Below are positions 42,514 to 57,763 of a stretch of DNA of 64,000 bases, piece after piece (the first letter of the stretch is position 1; each line of letters starts with the position of its first letter). The translations under genes and the position numbers were made by a program. The notes beneath the pieces were generated by a model. The model was not told the DNA's origin and did no database searches. It was given only the letters and a program-made list of their open reading frames with translations. Origin of the DNA: Chlorokybus atmophyticus (lineage: Eukaryota > Plantae > Mesostigma and Chlorokybus algae); contig RHPI01002888.1 of the NCBI GenBank assembly GCA_009103225.1, forward strand, positions 232,189 through 296,188, given 5' to 3'.

Positions 42514-43367
42514 CCTGGCCTATTGCGCCACACCGATTGGACCAACCAACCGGACTCAGCCTCTCAGCTGGCTGGTGCAAACATCCCGTCAGACGCACGC
42601 TTCAATGCGCCCCCCAAGCTCGACACGCAGCCGCTTGCTTCAACGCTTGGTCTGCCTGCTTGAGCTAACTCGCTTGCCGTGAACTCTTGCTCCCACCCGC
42701 TTGCATGCTTGCTTACGTGCTGCCTTAAGCTTGGTCGCTGGCTTGCCGGCTTGCTCTTGTTTGCCTGCTTCTACAAGCTCTTTTTGTTTTCACTCCAGTC
42801 CAAAGCCACGCCCAGCGACTCCAGCCCAAACCCAAGCCCAGTCCAGTTCCAGCTCCAGCTCCAGCTCCAGCTCGCCCCTTACGCAAGCTTCAACACGTCT
42901 CACTTGCCAGCTGGCAGCGATGTCCGCCTCAATGCCATGCATGCGAACAATGTGTCAGTCAATGCACAGCATTACCCGCCGCTAGTTGGGGGCCGTGGCA
43001 TCCCGTGACGCCATTAGGGTGATTAGGGTGGACATCAGTGCAAACTTGGCGGAGGCGCAGGCGTAGGCGGAGGTGGACGCTGCCTTCAACGGTTGTTGAG
43101 CTTTGGCCTATATCTAAGCTCTGTGTGCGTCTAAGTGATCGCCTCGTTGCTCGCGCTTTGTGTGCGTTCTGCAAGCGTGTAGAGTTGCGGTTGGCCTGGT
43201 CCTGGGCGCAGCGCAGGAGGTTGAGGCAGCGCAGTGGTTGAGGGCTGATGCTTGTTGAGCGCTGCAGCAGACGGTGCGTGTATGTAGGACAGCGTTAGGT
43301 CAGGGTTCTGGTCGTAGTTGAGTGGGGGTTTGTGCTGTGCTCTGCTGGGGCTTCACCGCAATAGCAG

Positions 43368-45908
43368 ATGGCCAGAGCACAGCGGAGCTCGCTGTGGAAG
43401 TATGCCAGCCTGCCGCTACCGTTGGTGCTGCTGCTGATGGTGGCTTGCTTCACCGCCGGTCTCTTCTGGTCCTCTGCTCCGGAACGGTACGCAACCAAGC
43501 TCGCTTGAAAGCATGCTGCCTACAAGCAGTCAAAAGCGACGGATTATGTGCTGGTACGCATGGGACTCAAGCACAAGTGCGTAAGGCAGTGTGCTTGGCG
43601 TGCACAGTATTGTCTAACCTTTGGTCATTTGGCTTCGCAGAGAAGTGCTGCTGGCACAGACACAAGCAGGCGTGGCGCGTGCTTCACGATTTTTGAAGCA
43701 GGACAAGCATGCGTCTGAGCTTAAGGGAGTAACAGCTGACATTGCTGCACAGGTATGCAGACAGCTGTGCTTGCGGTTACGTGCAACCTGTCAGTTTGTG
43801 CATTAAACGTCTACCGTTTGAGCCCGGTCTCTTATGTATGTAATGTAATCTGAACCATCACTGCTGTGCAAACTGACTACGTGTGTTGGTGGCATGCAAT
43901 ATGGGGCTGTAACATTCTTCATGAATCGTTGTACCGCCATGCAGCTGTAATTGGCGACTTATGATGAAGTTGATCATTTGTCAGGCCACAAACTCCTATC
44001 CAACCAATTGCATACTACTGTGTGCTTGGACAGTCGCAGGAAATAGTAGAGAAAGCGAAGCACACGGAAGATGACCACTGGCCAGCCCCTGTAGGAAAGA
44101 CAGGAAATCCGGTGCCCTGGAATATGACTTTCCAAGTGCTGTCGTGGTCACCGCGCGCTGTGCTGTTCCGGAACTTCATGGACAAGGAATCATGCGAGCA
44201 AATTGTTGCGGTATGCGCTGCATATTTGGTTGTGTGCCGTGTGCAGGCATTGGACCGCTGCCATGAGTTGGTCTGCACAATATTGGCTCTTACAGGTTTG
44301 CAAAAAGCGTATGGCACCATCACAAGTAGCATGGAGAATCACCGATTTGCCCAAGCCAAAACAGGAGTTCAGAACAAGGTGACTTGAGCATGCTGTGTTG
44401 ATGTTTTGTATGTTGTAAGATTGTTGCATTGCACTGAACTGCCGCACCATCAAGAGAAGCATAAACTTGAGCGCTGCATCTGAAGCTCAGGGACGTTTAT
44501 CACATCAGCACAAGACCCTACAGGAGCGTTGCGAAGAGTAGAAGAGAAAATGGCTGCTGTCACGATGATCCCGCGGACACATGGAGAGGTATGCTGATTC
44601 TGGTTTGGAAAGCCATGCATGATTTTACACCCAACGCAGTCAGTCATGCAATGGTGGGTGTCACTAAACGGTGCACTTTATAGGCATTCAATGTACTGCG
44701 ATATGAGCTTGGACAGAAATACGAATCTCACTTCGACACATTTGATCCCGCTGAGTACGGGCCTCAGGCTAGCCAAAGGGTATGCAAGTGTGCTGTGCCA
44801 AGATGAGCGCTTGTTGGGCGAGGCGAAGGTCATGCTTCGCAGTCACCTGCATGCATCAATCACACTCGGGCCCTGCAGATGGCTTCCATGCTGTTGTACC
44901 TCACTGACGTCGAAGAAGGGGGCGAAACCATCTTCCCCAAAGAGGTGAACAGTAACATCCTATGTTGCCAGTTATGCAGTGTGCATGTGGCAGCAAGTTG
45001 ACAAAGCTGCACTGTACGCTGCCAAACAGCATGCAGCTTGCGTCAGCAGGCCATACTGCATGCGTAACACCAATGCGAGGCAAATGCATTTGTGGCTTGA
45101 AAGAATTGCCGCACCCAACCAAGTGCATGCAAACATGCAGCTGCAATGGGTGGGACTCACTCCTGTAAGCAATCAGGGCATGACTGCGAAGGAGATGGAA
45201 GGCCCAATCGACTACAAATCATGCGCAAAGGGGCTCAAAGTCAAGCCAAGTCAGGGTGACATGCTTTTGTTTTACTCGCTGCATCCGGACCACGGCTTTG
45301 ACAAGGTAAGCGGAATGAAGTTGTAAGTTGGCTTGCGATAAGGTAGTGAATTCAAGCTGCATGCGCCTTGCCATGCTGTGGTCTTTGACAAGCTTAGCCC
45401 AACCGCATGTGGTTTGATGTATTGTCAGGCTGCACTGCACGGCGGCTGCCCGGTAATCAAGGGCGAAAAATGGGTGAGTGAATGCGTGAGTAGACGAGTG
45501 CAGCAAGTCAGTCTACAGACAAACAAGTTTGAAGCGGATCACCTTATCTCAATACACATGTGTGCTGTTTGCACAAATGTATATGTTGTGCTCAACTTCA
45601 TACCCAACCGGATGAATGGAATGGGTCCACGTTCCATGCACACGGTTGCAGTGACAAGGCACTTTGTATATGCACAGATAGTGCATGTCAATGCTGCGTA
45701 TGGGGCATCCTCTGCATTGGTTGGCCCAATGCATGCTTGTACCAGCTCGTGTGTGGGCTGTTTGAGGGCCTGCAGTGCAATTGGGGTCATGTGGTGGAAA
45801 ACACAGTTCATTGGTCTGTGTAATGCACAGTTGTTGGTTTTACTAACTGGCACAACAATGCAGGTTGCCACGAAGTGGGTCAGAGACAAGGTACAGTTCC
45901 CAGAGTAA
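43368..45908 (+). CDS. P4H: Prolyl 4-hydroxylase (plant-type, type II membrane-anchored)
   Basis: N-terminal TM segment LPLPLVLLLMVACFTAGLFW. Core: FQVLSWSPRAVLFRNFM; FRTSSGTF; IPRTHGE|AFNVLRYELGQKYESHFDTF; QR|MASMLLYLTDVEEGGETIFP; GLKVKPSQGDMLLFYSLHPD; AALHGGCPVIKGEKW|VATKWVRD. The HxD...H Fe(II) triad is intact. Confidence 0.97.
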
Positions 45909-47539
45909 GCTGGCCTAGTCATGCGCTACGCAGAGACGTAGCCAGTGAGCGCAGCAACAACTCAAGTTTTGCAGTTGTCGCCATTGCGTGCGCTTGTATG
46001 TGTGTAATCAGCTAGAGCCAATATGCAAGATTGTCAGCCTTTCGTGGTATCTCGCAAGCAGTGCGTGCCACTCGTGAATCTTCCATGAAGCTATGTCAGC
46101 ATGGATGGACACACATGTCAGCCCCTCCATAGTGCATACGCAAAGACTATGATGGTGCACGCGACATGGGGTATGATGACGCACAGATGTTGATGACAAC
46201 ACATGACATTGGTATATCCTTGACTAGGGCCATTGGCAAGCATAGACATCATACAACTATTGTGTACAAACATGCTGACGTATTGTGATTGTACTTCATG
46301 TAAGTCACATGAGTTATTGCATCTTCTTGCACATTTACACAATCCCTAGCACGGCACGCAATCTTGTGTATACATTGCAGCGTGTAGTGCATATGCAAAG
46401 ATAATGGCACAACTCTGTAAGCGACCAACAATTAAGAATGCTTGAATTTTAACACAACAGTCGTGTGTACAAGATATGACGTGCTGTTGTGCACACGCAA
46501 CACCATGCTACATGCATACCAGTCAAGCATTGCATGCACACTCTTTTACGACTCACCAAGTAATAACCACGGGCTAATGTCTCCTGCACTACCCTTATAC
46601 CTACTAGCCCACCATGTTAGACATGCATGCACAGTTACACATGGCAATTATCTGCACCATCGGCCGTTGCGATGCGAATTCGGGCACAATCGCGACTTGC
46701 CACAATGAGTATTATATTGGACGGAGCTTTTGGCGTGAGGCCTGCATTACAAAATATGCTATGCTATGCATGCTAGCATACTTGCGTGGTTATTAACTTG
46801 CTAGCATTCGCGATGTAGGCTAAATTGAGTTGATATGCGTGTAACCTTAACACTATGGAAGACATGATTATGTCTTCCGTGTACACCTTTGTGATCGTCC
46901 ATGAAACTATACAGTAGAGAGAAACTGTTATAGGTGCGGACAATGATGCACGTATTTGAGGAATCATTGAAATGTGTGTGGTTGAACTCGGATGCACACA
47001 AGATATTTAACGCGGGATCATGGAGCCCTGCACAAAAGGTGTCACAACCACCACCTCAGTGTGATGTCAACCACTCAGTGCCAGTCAATGCACTAATGCA
47101 CACCGCAGCGCCGTCGCTTATGTCGAGGACCGCGGGGAATTAGAGTCCACTCGCAGCACACAACCAGCACAGCCGTCTGCAAGTGGGATGCACATGCATG
47201 CATGAGCATGCAGTATGCCCCTGGAAGTATGCGGCCACACATGCACACAGGTGCAAGGCTAATGTGCATGCACACAGGCCAAGCACACCCTCCACATACA
47301 AGAGGCATACACATACACCAACAATATATAAGGCTACAGCATGCGCATACACATGCATGCACACTGAGCAAATACAAGGGCAAAACTAGCTAGGCAGGGG
47401 TTGTCTACAACAATAGGTACTTAAGGAAAACCATCAACAACTCCATCAGCAGCAGGAAGTGGGAGGCGCCTACTCTGCAGTACCGGTGTCAACCTCAAGG
47501 TCAACACCCCAAAACCTAGCTAGAACATTTGGAAACGGC

Positions 47540-47686
47540 CCACATAGGAGGGTAAGGAAGGCCCCTTGAACAGCTAAGCCAAGCACCCCATACACACAGC
47601 AAGTGAGCACCAAGCTGAGTCCAACTGAACTCCGAACACCATGCTGGCCTAGCCTGTTATACTCCATGTTGCCTTCCCATTTGGCC
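47540..47686. repeat. Dispersed repeat family, copy 1 (possible LTR/TE relic)
   Basis: Degenerate match to 63525-63672: GGAAGGCCCCTT.AACAGCTA..CCAAGCA...GTCCAAC...GCCTTCC(C)A.TTGGCC. Confidence 0.55.
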
Positions 47687-48183
47687 ATAGGTGAACAGCC
47701 ATTAACGCCTTTTCACCCGCACTGTGCTGACACATCAGATACTCTTGCTATACATGACCCCAAGAGGTAATAGCATATGCCATTGGCATATGCCAACATG
47801 GTGTGACACATGTCACTTCAACCATGATGATTAATGACTGCCGTATCATACACAATACACTGGTGTGACACATGTCTCATCAACCCCACATGTTTCATCA
47901 GCAACCAGCTGATGGCATGTACACTAATCAACTCTGTGCAAGCTGCTTATCAATGCATTGTACAGTTCATCTTGCCCAATGCTCATGAGCACAAGGACTA
48001 ACTGTATGAGCGAACCGCTTATGTACTGCACATACCTACACAATTGAACTCCCATACAATTATGCTGCAGTCATGATACTGCTATGACAGTTGAGATTGT
48101 GCCTTGCCTGTTTGGCGTGACAAAAGGCTTGCGTTGGCATTAACAAGCACCCACTCTCGACTATTACCATATTTGTCACAGCT

Positions 48184-48548
48184 CGACCACAAAAGACTTG
48201 GTGCTGTTATGGTCAATTTGTGGTTATTTAATGTACCTTCCCGTTACATTCCCCCCCACTTAACGATGACGTCCTCGGCAGCTGGCTCCCATCACTTGGG
48301 GAATCATCCCAGGGGTTGCCCTCCGACGCGACTGTCATTAGGCAAGTCGCGACCTATCGATGATGGCACTGATGAAGCGACCATTTATGATGTTACTGGA
48401 TGGAGAAACAACGACCGCGGAATTCGTGTGCAAGGCAGGCATCGAAGCCGGGACTCGAGCTCCGATGATTAATGTCACAGCCCACGCGACCGCAAAAGAC
48501 TTATTACTTTTATGGTCAATTTGTGGTCATACAATGTACCTTCTCGTT
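48184..48548 (+). repeat. Two roughly 62-bp imperfect direct repeats, 303 bp apart
   Basis: CGACC(A/G)CAAAAGACTT...TTATGGTCAATTTGTGGT.AT..AATGTACCTTC.CGTT at 48184-48245 and 48487-48548. Confidence 0.75.
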
Positions 48549-49256
48549 GTAATATTATTTAAGATATTGTTTAAACTTACGCTATACATACAATTCAAGT
48601 GCAGCAATAAAAAACAAAGCACTTGAACCAATCAGTTGCAACACACCAACCATTTGCAGCATTAAACAAAGTGTGTTGAGATGCAAGCCTTACGCGTCCA
48701 TAGCCATAAAAAGTTTATGGAAAATTGACTTTGTATTATGTGAAATCAACCTTCAGCTTGTGTTGATGTCTTACGGCTGGACATGATACTCCTCCGAAGT
48801 AGTTGGACAGTCCAACCCAACTTGGACTCCTACCCCTTTTTAGGAGTGTGCTACATCATGGCCCTACATAAAAAGCACTTCCCCAAGCCATGTCCACCGG
48901 AGTGTGCACAGTTCGCCCCTAAAAAGTGCCCGCTTTTGTGTCAGCTAGCGCGCGAGCGCTGATTGGCGCACGCACTTTGGGCAGCCATCGAAGCTGACTT
49001 GTTGCAACCATTGCCATCTATCACAATTACCCTATGCAGTCGTGACTTTCAACCGTAAACAATTTTCTGTTCTTTCCTTCGTCAACGTCTTCTGCGATTA
49101 TTGCGCGCAAACAAAGTGGCGCAGTTAGGGTTTGCTGGGGAAGCGGGAGACGCTGGCCGCGGGTGGCGCGAAGGTGGAAGCGGAGGCGGAGCAGGAGCAG
49201 GAACGGGAGGAGAAGAAGAAGGAGAAGGAGGACGAGGAGGAGGCGTACTGTGAAGC

Positions 49257-52200
49257 ATGGCGCCCGGCGGGCCCAACCCGCACGCCGTGCAGGCGCAGGT
49301 GGGCTGGGCATGGACTTGCTGTCGTGGTGTTGTTGGTTGCGGTGTTGTCGTGCTAGTGGTGGTGGTCGTCGTCTTCGTCACCGTCGTCCTTCTGTTAATC
49401 AAGCTAGTTGTAGTTATTTATGCTTAGGCCGTAAAGACAGTAAAAGATAATTTTGTTTTTGCTGGTTGTGTTGGTGTTGCGATCCTGTATGCATGCTTCT
49501 TGCTCTCGACTTGCATGCTCCGCCCCTCTATCGTCATTTGTTTTCTGCTCAGGTTTGTCTCAAACATGCTCCCAAAGGCTTGCCTGTCGTGCATATGCGC
49601 ATGTAGCAATATTGATGATTAGCATGTGAGTAGAGGTTTTCAGAGCGAACTGACAGCGTACTTACAGTCAGCAACTTGCGCTGCCACACCAAGTTCACTG
49701 CTTTTTGAAGTTATGCACATGCTTCTGATGTGCTCAGTATTTGTGTGTGTACTTCTGCTTTTCCGTCAGGATTATGCAAGACAAGCATGACATTGCTCGT
49801 CATTATGTGTGAGCTGCTAGCATTGGCAGAAAACACCCTTGACACCAAGTGAAGCCATTATAGACAAAAACCATTCATTAGTCTTATTGACGTGACACGC
49901 AACACTGATGTTTGAAGACGTCGTCAACAGAAGCAAAACACTGTATAAGCTGTGGTGGCATCCGTTGAGTGTGCAGTAAAGCCGTGATGTAAGAGTCCTA
50001 TACTCTCTCTCTCTGTATCTGTTTGGGACGAATTTCTAAATTGTTTGTTATAGCTGGTCGCTGTGATTGTCCTGACTGGTGTGTGATAACAGGTGGACAA
50101 GGCCACCAGCGAGCTGCTCAATGGGCCTGATTGGGGAATGAACATGGAGCTATGTGACATGGTCAACACCCAAGGCGATTTGTGCGTGAGATAGTTCCAT
50201 GACGTGATCATGGCTATGTTGTCATAGCTCTGGTTATGATGCTGCCTCCCTCGTCTATTTCGGTTTCGCAGAGTCTTTAACCCAACATGTGTGCAGGACT
50301 GCAAAGGAGGTGGTTAAGGCGTTGAAAAAGCGCCTTGGTCACAAGAGTCCGAAAGTGCAGATGTTGGCATTGACGGTAATTTAATATTCATATTTTGCTG
50401 ATGCGTGGATCAACTTGTATATGCAGGATGTCAAGCTTTCTGTGCATATGAAACGCTGCTGTTGAGGCTTGGTAATGCAGGTGTTTGAGACTGGAATGAA
50501 AAATTGTGGTGAGATGTTCCACTTTCAAGTCGTGCACAAAGAGGTGTTGCAAGAGATGAGCAAGATCGCCACAAAAAGGGTGGGTTGTGTTGTGGTTTGC
50601 AAGCCGCGTTGTTGGTGAAGTAACATATAGTGACGTATAGTTTATGCAATGTAATCTTGGTGTGTAATGACAGACAGTGGATCCCAAAGTCCGCAAGCAA
50701 ATACTGGTCCTGCTTCAGTCCTGGGGAGAAGCCTTTGGGCCGACTAATGTGCATCCTCAGTTTCATGAAGCTTACGTCAGCATGCAGGTTTGTCTATGTG
50801 TTACTCATTGCTTAGGTCGATTTGTCATCGTCACTTGATGACATACATGCATAATGCCGTGGTTCGTACATATTGCTCATTATATCCTATCCCCGTATTT
50901 CTGACTGTATGTGTGCCATATGGTATATTGCAACCACATCTTATGTAATGCAGAGAAAGGTGGAGTTCCCAGTGAGGCCCTCAGATACAGCCCCTGTTTT
51001 CACGCCAACCACGAGAGGTCCCACGCATCTGCCCCCTCCAGGCGCCGCACGGGTAAGAATGCGCGTATTGGCATTTTGCATATACAAGCCATTACAGCGA
51101 TACAATGTAGCATGGTGAAACGGGAATATGTAATTGTGTACCTCGACAACATATCAACATGCAAACGTGTACAACGTACAAATGTTGGTTGAGATACACA
51201 TATCCTATCACCATTACCACTAGCAGAACTTGACATGCAGTATGGAACAAACTACTTTACGAGGGCAAGTTTGTTCCCTGGTGGACGGGTGTTATGTGTC
51301 AAAATGCTAATTGCCTTTGCTTGTGCACTCTGTGCCGGTTTGGTTGACAACGTTCTCAGTGTAGTCCAGTGTTGGGTTTGACTGCTTGTGTTTGAGAGAG
51401 CTAGGTTGTCCATCAACTTGTCTTGATCAGCTGGTGATGGTGACAAGTGGTTGTGTTTATTGCAACAGTCGTTTCCATCTCCGGACTTGTACCTGTCCCA
51501 TCCGCAATCGTCCACAGCAGAGACGACCAATCTAAAGCGCGAGGTCCTTGTTGGTAAGAACAGCGTGGATGTGCTGGACGACATGCTCAATTCAGTAAAC
51601 GACCCTGAGGTGAGATGATTGGTACTACCATCAAAACGCGAATGGTTATCAAGCATCATGGGTTTTATTGTTTCGTATGCATCAAGTTCTTGTTGCGCAA
51701 ACAATGCACCATGTACTGATGTATGTGTGATTGCTACAGGCGCTTAAAGGTGACGTTATTGTCGAGCTGGTCGGGCAGTGTGAGCGCTTAAAGCCCAGGC
51801 TGCTGCAGTTGGTCAACACAGTGACAGATGAAGGCCTGCTCAACCAGGTATGTGTGTTTGCTATTGACTGCGTTGTTTACCCCTGTGTTCTGGTATGTTC
51901 ATGCAAGGCGGCTTGCGTTGTGTTGCAGGCGCTCTCATTGCACGACGAGTTGGAGGTTGTGCTCAAAAAGCACGATGACATTGCCAATGGGAGACCGACG
52001 ACTAGAGCCACCGCTGCGCCAGTTGCAGCACCGCCTGCAATAAGCCCAGGTGAGTACTTGTGAACTGGTAAACCCTTTTTGTTAAATAAGTTGTGGCACA
52101 TACACATACGTGCGCGCATGCGCACACACGCATGCACGCACACCTTATGTCTCAGCATTGGTGACGCGCAGATTGCAACCAATTGTCGCAGCATCACACA

Positions 52201-53475
52201 TGTAGGCGCTCATATGCATGTCCACGCACACGCACAACATTTGTGTGATCTGAAGTTGCTAATGGACCTGTGTGTCAGCATCAGCACCTCCACTGGATGT
52301 GGACCTGCTTACGGGCGGGACTCCTGCGCTGGCCCTTACAGCTGCGTCGCACAGCATGGGCGATGAAGAGTTTGAACAGTTAGCCAAGAGGTGAGCACTG
52401 GGATAGCATGTTAAGCGGCGGGGTTGTTCATTACGGGTGGTGCATGCTTATGATGATATGTGTGTCATCATTGTGTCTGCGCTGTAGGAAAGAGCCACCT
52501 CAGTACCAACAGCAGCAGCAAGCGGTGGTACTACCTGCCATGTTCAACACGCCACCAAGCACATCCTTTCCTGCTCCCGAGTCGCATGTGGGGCCCTCGA
52601 CACATTTTGGGGCCAGCGCGGTCGGTTTCCAATCAGACAATCAATATGGAACTTCCACTTCTCAGTTCGGGACCCCAAGCGTCAGGTCTTCTTTCGACAG
52701 CACTGCAGCGCAGTTTGGGTCAGCTGGAGATCTGTCAACAACAAGGGCATCGTTCGACACAACGGCGTCCTATGCGAACCCACAATACAGTGAACACGCG
52801 GTACAGCAAGTGCCCGTCCCGAAGCCGTCCAACCCATTTGCGCAGCCGACAGGCGGCCAAGCATCGTATCCTCAAACAGAGAGCTACACTGTGTACGGGT
52901 CCTTACCTTCAGGTGGCCAGTTTCAAGGTGCAGATCAGCTATACAGCCGCCAGGCCAACTATGCACCCCCCGTGCAGGAGCCGTTGATGTTGACAAACCA
53001 ACCGTACGGGTCAGCACCTTATGACACCTATGCGATTCCTCCAATGGAAGCTCCAAGCTCCAACCCGTTCCTCAATCCTGCGGCGGCAGTGCCGAGCAGC
53101 GGGGCCAACATGCAGAGTGCGCAAGGTGGTGGTAATATGTATGGGTACGCGCTGCCGTCTTTGCCGGTAGCCAAGCCGACCGACTTGAAAGCCGTCGGGG
53201 GCATACCGGACTTCCTCGCCAAGCCGGACAAGCCTGTCGCCCCAATGGGCACGTCGATGAAGTCCATGAGACCCCCGAACCAGAGCGATGCTGTTGCGGA
53301 CGAGTTCGAGCAGCTGGCACTCTCGCGATCCGGTGCAGGAGGAGGACAGTACATCACGGCGGGCCAACAGCAGCAGCAGCAGCAGCAGGTCAACGCGGGT
53401 CCAGCGGGAGCCCCCCAACCTAACTATGCTGGTCAGTTTGATGCGTACATGAACCGCTCCACTGCGTACGGGTAA
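49257..53475 (+). CDS. TOL: TOM1-like (TOL) VHS-GAT ubiquitin-binding cargo adaptor
   Basis: MAPGGPNPHAVQAQ|VDKATSELLNGPDWGMNMELCDMVN...AKEVVKALKKRLGHKSPKVQMLALT|VFETGMKNCG...VRKQILVLLQSWGEAFG (VHS). GAT: VDVLDDMLNSV...VIVELVGQCERLKPRLLQLVNTVTDEGLLNQ|ALSLHDELEVVLKKHD. A long P/Q/G-rich tail follows. Confidence 0.95.
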
Positions 53476-54120
53476 ATGTGAACCACCTCACCTGCGCCTT
53501 GTGCAGCAGTTTGTTGATAGGCTGTCAGCCGGCTTGATGGTGCTGCATTCAGCATGATTGTTTATATACTGTTGGCTGATGGCTGTGTGCGCGCCCTCAC
53601 GAGTGCATGTATGCATGCCTAGCGAAGTGCATGGACTTGTATTGTGGTTGACCGTGCATGGCTTGCTACCGATATGCTTGTGAACATTACACACTGGAGT
53701 TCACTGGTTACAATCAAAGAATGATACCATTCAGCATGTGTTGCGGCACCAGTTGCAGAATAAGGGTTAGACACATTTTATGTTCGCCAGTCGGGTGACT
53801 TTGTTGTTGCACATGTTACCAGTGAGGCGTGACTTGCCATAGCCTCAACTGCGGCTGAACAAGTAGGGCAAGCTGCGTCACTGCAAACAAGGCCAAAAGG
53901 ACATCCTCAGACATGCCTTGATGAAAATACTCATCGCAAGCTGTGTAATTATCATGACGCATGGGTCTTACGAACAACCTGTGCACTGTAAATCTCACAG
54001 AAGTCAGCTTCAGACATGTATTGGTAAACGAAACGCCAACTAGTGCAGTAGTCACCCCGTGTAATCAAACCAACAGCGCAAGATGGAACTAACAGGCTAG
54101 AATCTCACTCTACTGGAAAT

Positions 54121-57010
<2,890 letters not shown>

Positions 57011-57763
57011 GCCTGTAACCGCCGCCAGACTGCAAAATTTGCTTGGTAATATCAAAGCTCGCCTTTATGTCTCGGTTCCCGCCAGGAGACTTTACCAGCC
57101 AAGCGTTGCGCGGTGCAATACGCCCGGCTGTTCAGCAGCAAGGCATTCCGGCCGCGCGCATACAATACTCCCAGAGAATTTGTCTGCTACAGACCGCACG
57201 GAGAATGGAAAAATGATAAGTACGTTTCGCAATTGGGTTATGAGGTTGAAGCGTAATTGATCATGCTACAGCCGTCATTGGGGAAATGTGTAATCAGGGA
57301 TTTGCCGCCGCCGCCGCCGCCGTCACGGCGTCGTCGTTGTCGTGGCAAAAGTGAATGTTGCAGGAGGCGGGGGGTTGCTCAGCGCACCAAGCGCCGAAAG
57401 GCAGGACGGAGCTGGGCTTGTAGTACAGGTGCTTGCAAGGTAGTGCAGGCGCTAGAAGGAAGTAAAGCTGGTTTTGGAAGGCTGGCGTTTCTAGCCTGGT
57501 GAAGACTTTGCTCAGGTTTGTTAAGTCGCAGTTCTCCACGTGCTGGTTTGCTATGCTGGCGCTTATAAGCAGCATGCATGAGCGATTGTCCTTGTTTCTG
57601 CCTGCTAACCAAGCTTGGTTGCTGCGTGCTACCAAGCAGTGCTGCTCTGCTGCTTAACTAGGTGCTCACTTTCCCCGTTTGCTCAGCTCAGCTCCAGCGG
57701 AAGGTCAGCTTTGGGGCCAGTCTGGAAATAGCGGCATTTTAAGCTTTGAGGGAGTTTGACACA

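Noticed and set aside
43014-43029. TTAGGGT x2 as a telo-box or interstitial telomere
   Set aside because: Only two short imperfect units (not AAACCCTAA), compatible with chance.
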